Position numbers and translations under genes: made by a program. A stretch of 63,842 bases of DNA, counting the filler, from Collodictyon triciliatum (lineage: Eukaryota), in assembly GCA_043381765.1 (NCBI GenBank). It is 23 parts of 23 records of this genome, joined end to end, with 100 filler letters (N's around TTAATTAATTAA, not from the genome) between each part and the next. Parts side by side here need not be neighbours in the genome. Positions count along the whole stretch, not along the records: positions 62,365 to 63,842 come from JBHJMP010008478.1; 22 more parts are not named here. One strand, written 5' to 3'. Numbering within the stretch: the first letter of the stretch is position 1; each line of letters opens with the position of its first letter. The notes beneath the pieces are model-generated. The model saw only the letters and a program-made list of their open reading frames with translations. It was not told the DNA's origin and did not search any database. Below, in pieces: positions 63,482-63,842 of this stretch.

Positions 63482-63842
63482 GTAACTCATTATATTCTTT
63501 TTTTTTATTTTTGCCAAAAAAAAATACCATGAATTCTTTTATGAGAATATCAGCCAAAACATAAATTTCTTGATCCTCCTAAAAATGGTTCATACGATGA
63601 AGAGACCGTCAATCCTCCCTAATTCCATTCAAACAATGAAAGGCAGTTCTTTTATGAAATAGAGGGAATAAAGTGTGGCACTCTTTACCGGTTTCCATTT
63701 TAACCCATTTATTAGGCGTTTGATGATCAGAAGGAAAACTATTTCCGAATGAAGAATATCGCAGCGAAAGCAAAGAGGAAGTAAATCATTCGAGCTTGAA
63801 CTGCTTTTTTTTTTTTTTAAGAAAAAAAAAAAAACGATATTC

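Overview
This window is not a contiguous locus. It is a concatenation of about 23 unplaced eukaryotic contigs of about 2.73 kb, in roughly descending length, joined by artificial 100-nt spacers (44 N + TTAATTAATTAA + 44 N). Most contigs break at microsatellites. The host is an AT-rich, intron-rich microbial eukaryote using the standard genetic code. Recognisable host gene fragments are an OSBP-related protein, an Era-like GTPase, RBM28/Nop4, a TLC-domain protein, a SIN1 CRIM domain, a TBC Rab-GAP, a GT92 glycosyltransferase, a USP C-terminus, NPL4, a GUP1-like MBOAT and tRNA-Phe. Highlights: (1) an intronless, gene-dense contig (59539-62264) encoding a likely Polinton-like virus/virophage major capsid protein, a small divergent ORF and the start of a likely minor capsid protein; (2) non-LTR retrotransposon remnants whose ORF2 ends in a PIP-box-like motif, plus at least four dispersed ~25-30-nt insertions made only of that element's 3' terminus and flanked by target-site duplications; (3) a WD40 array of near-identical repeats with hypervariable surface positions, fused to Sel1-like repeats; (4) a microbial-type PARG with tandem PBZ-like zinc fingers. 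All family calls come from motif recognition by eye, not from database searches.
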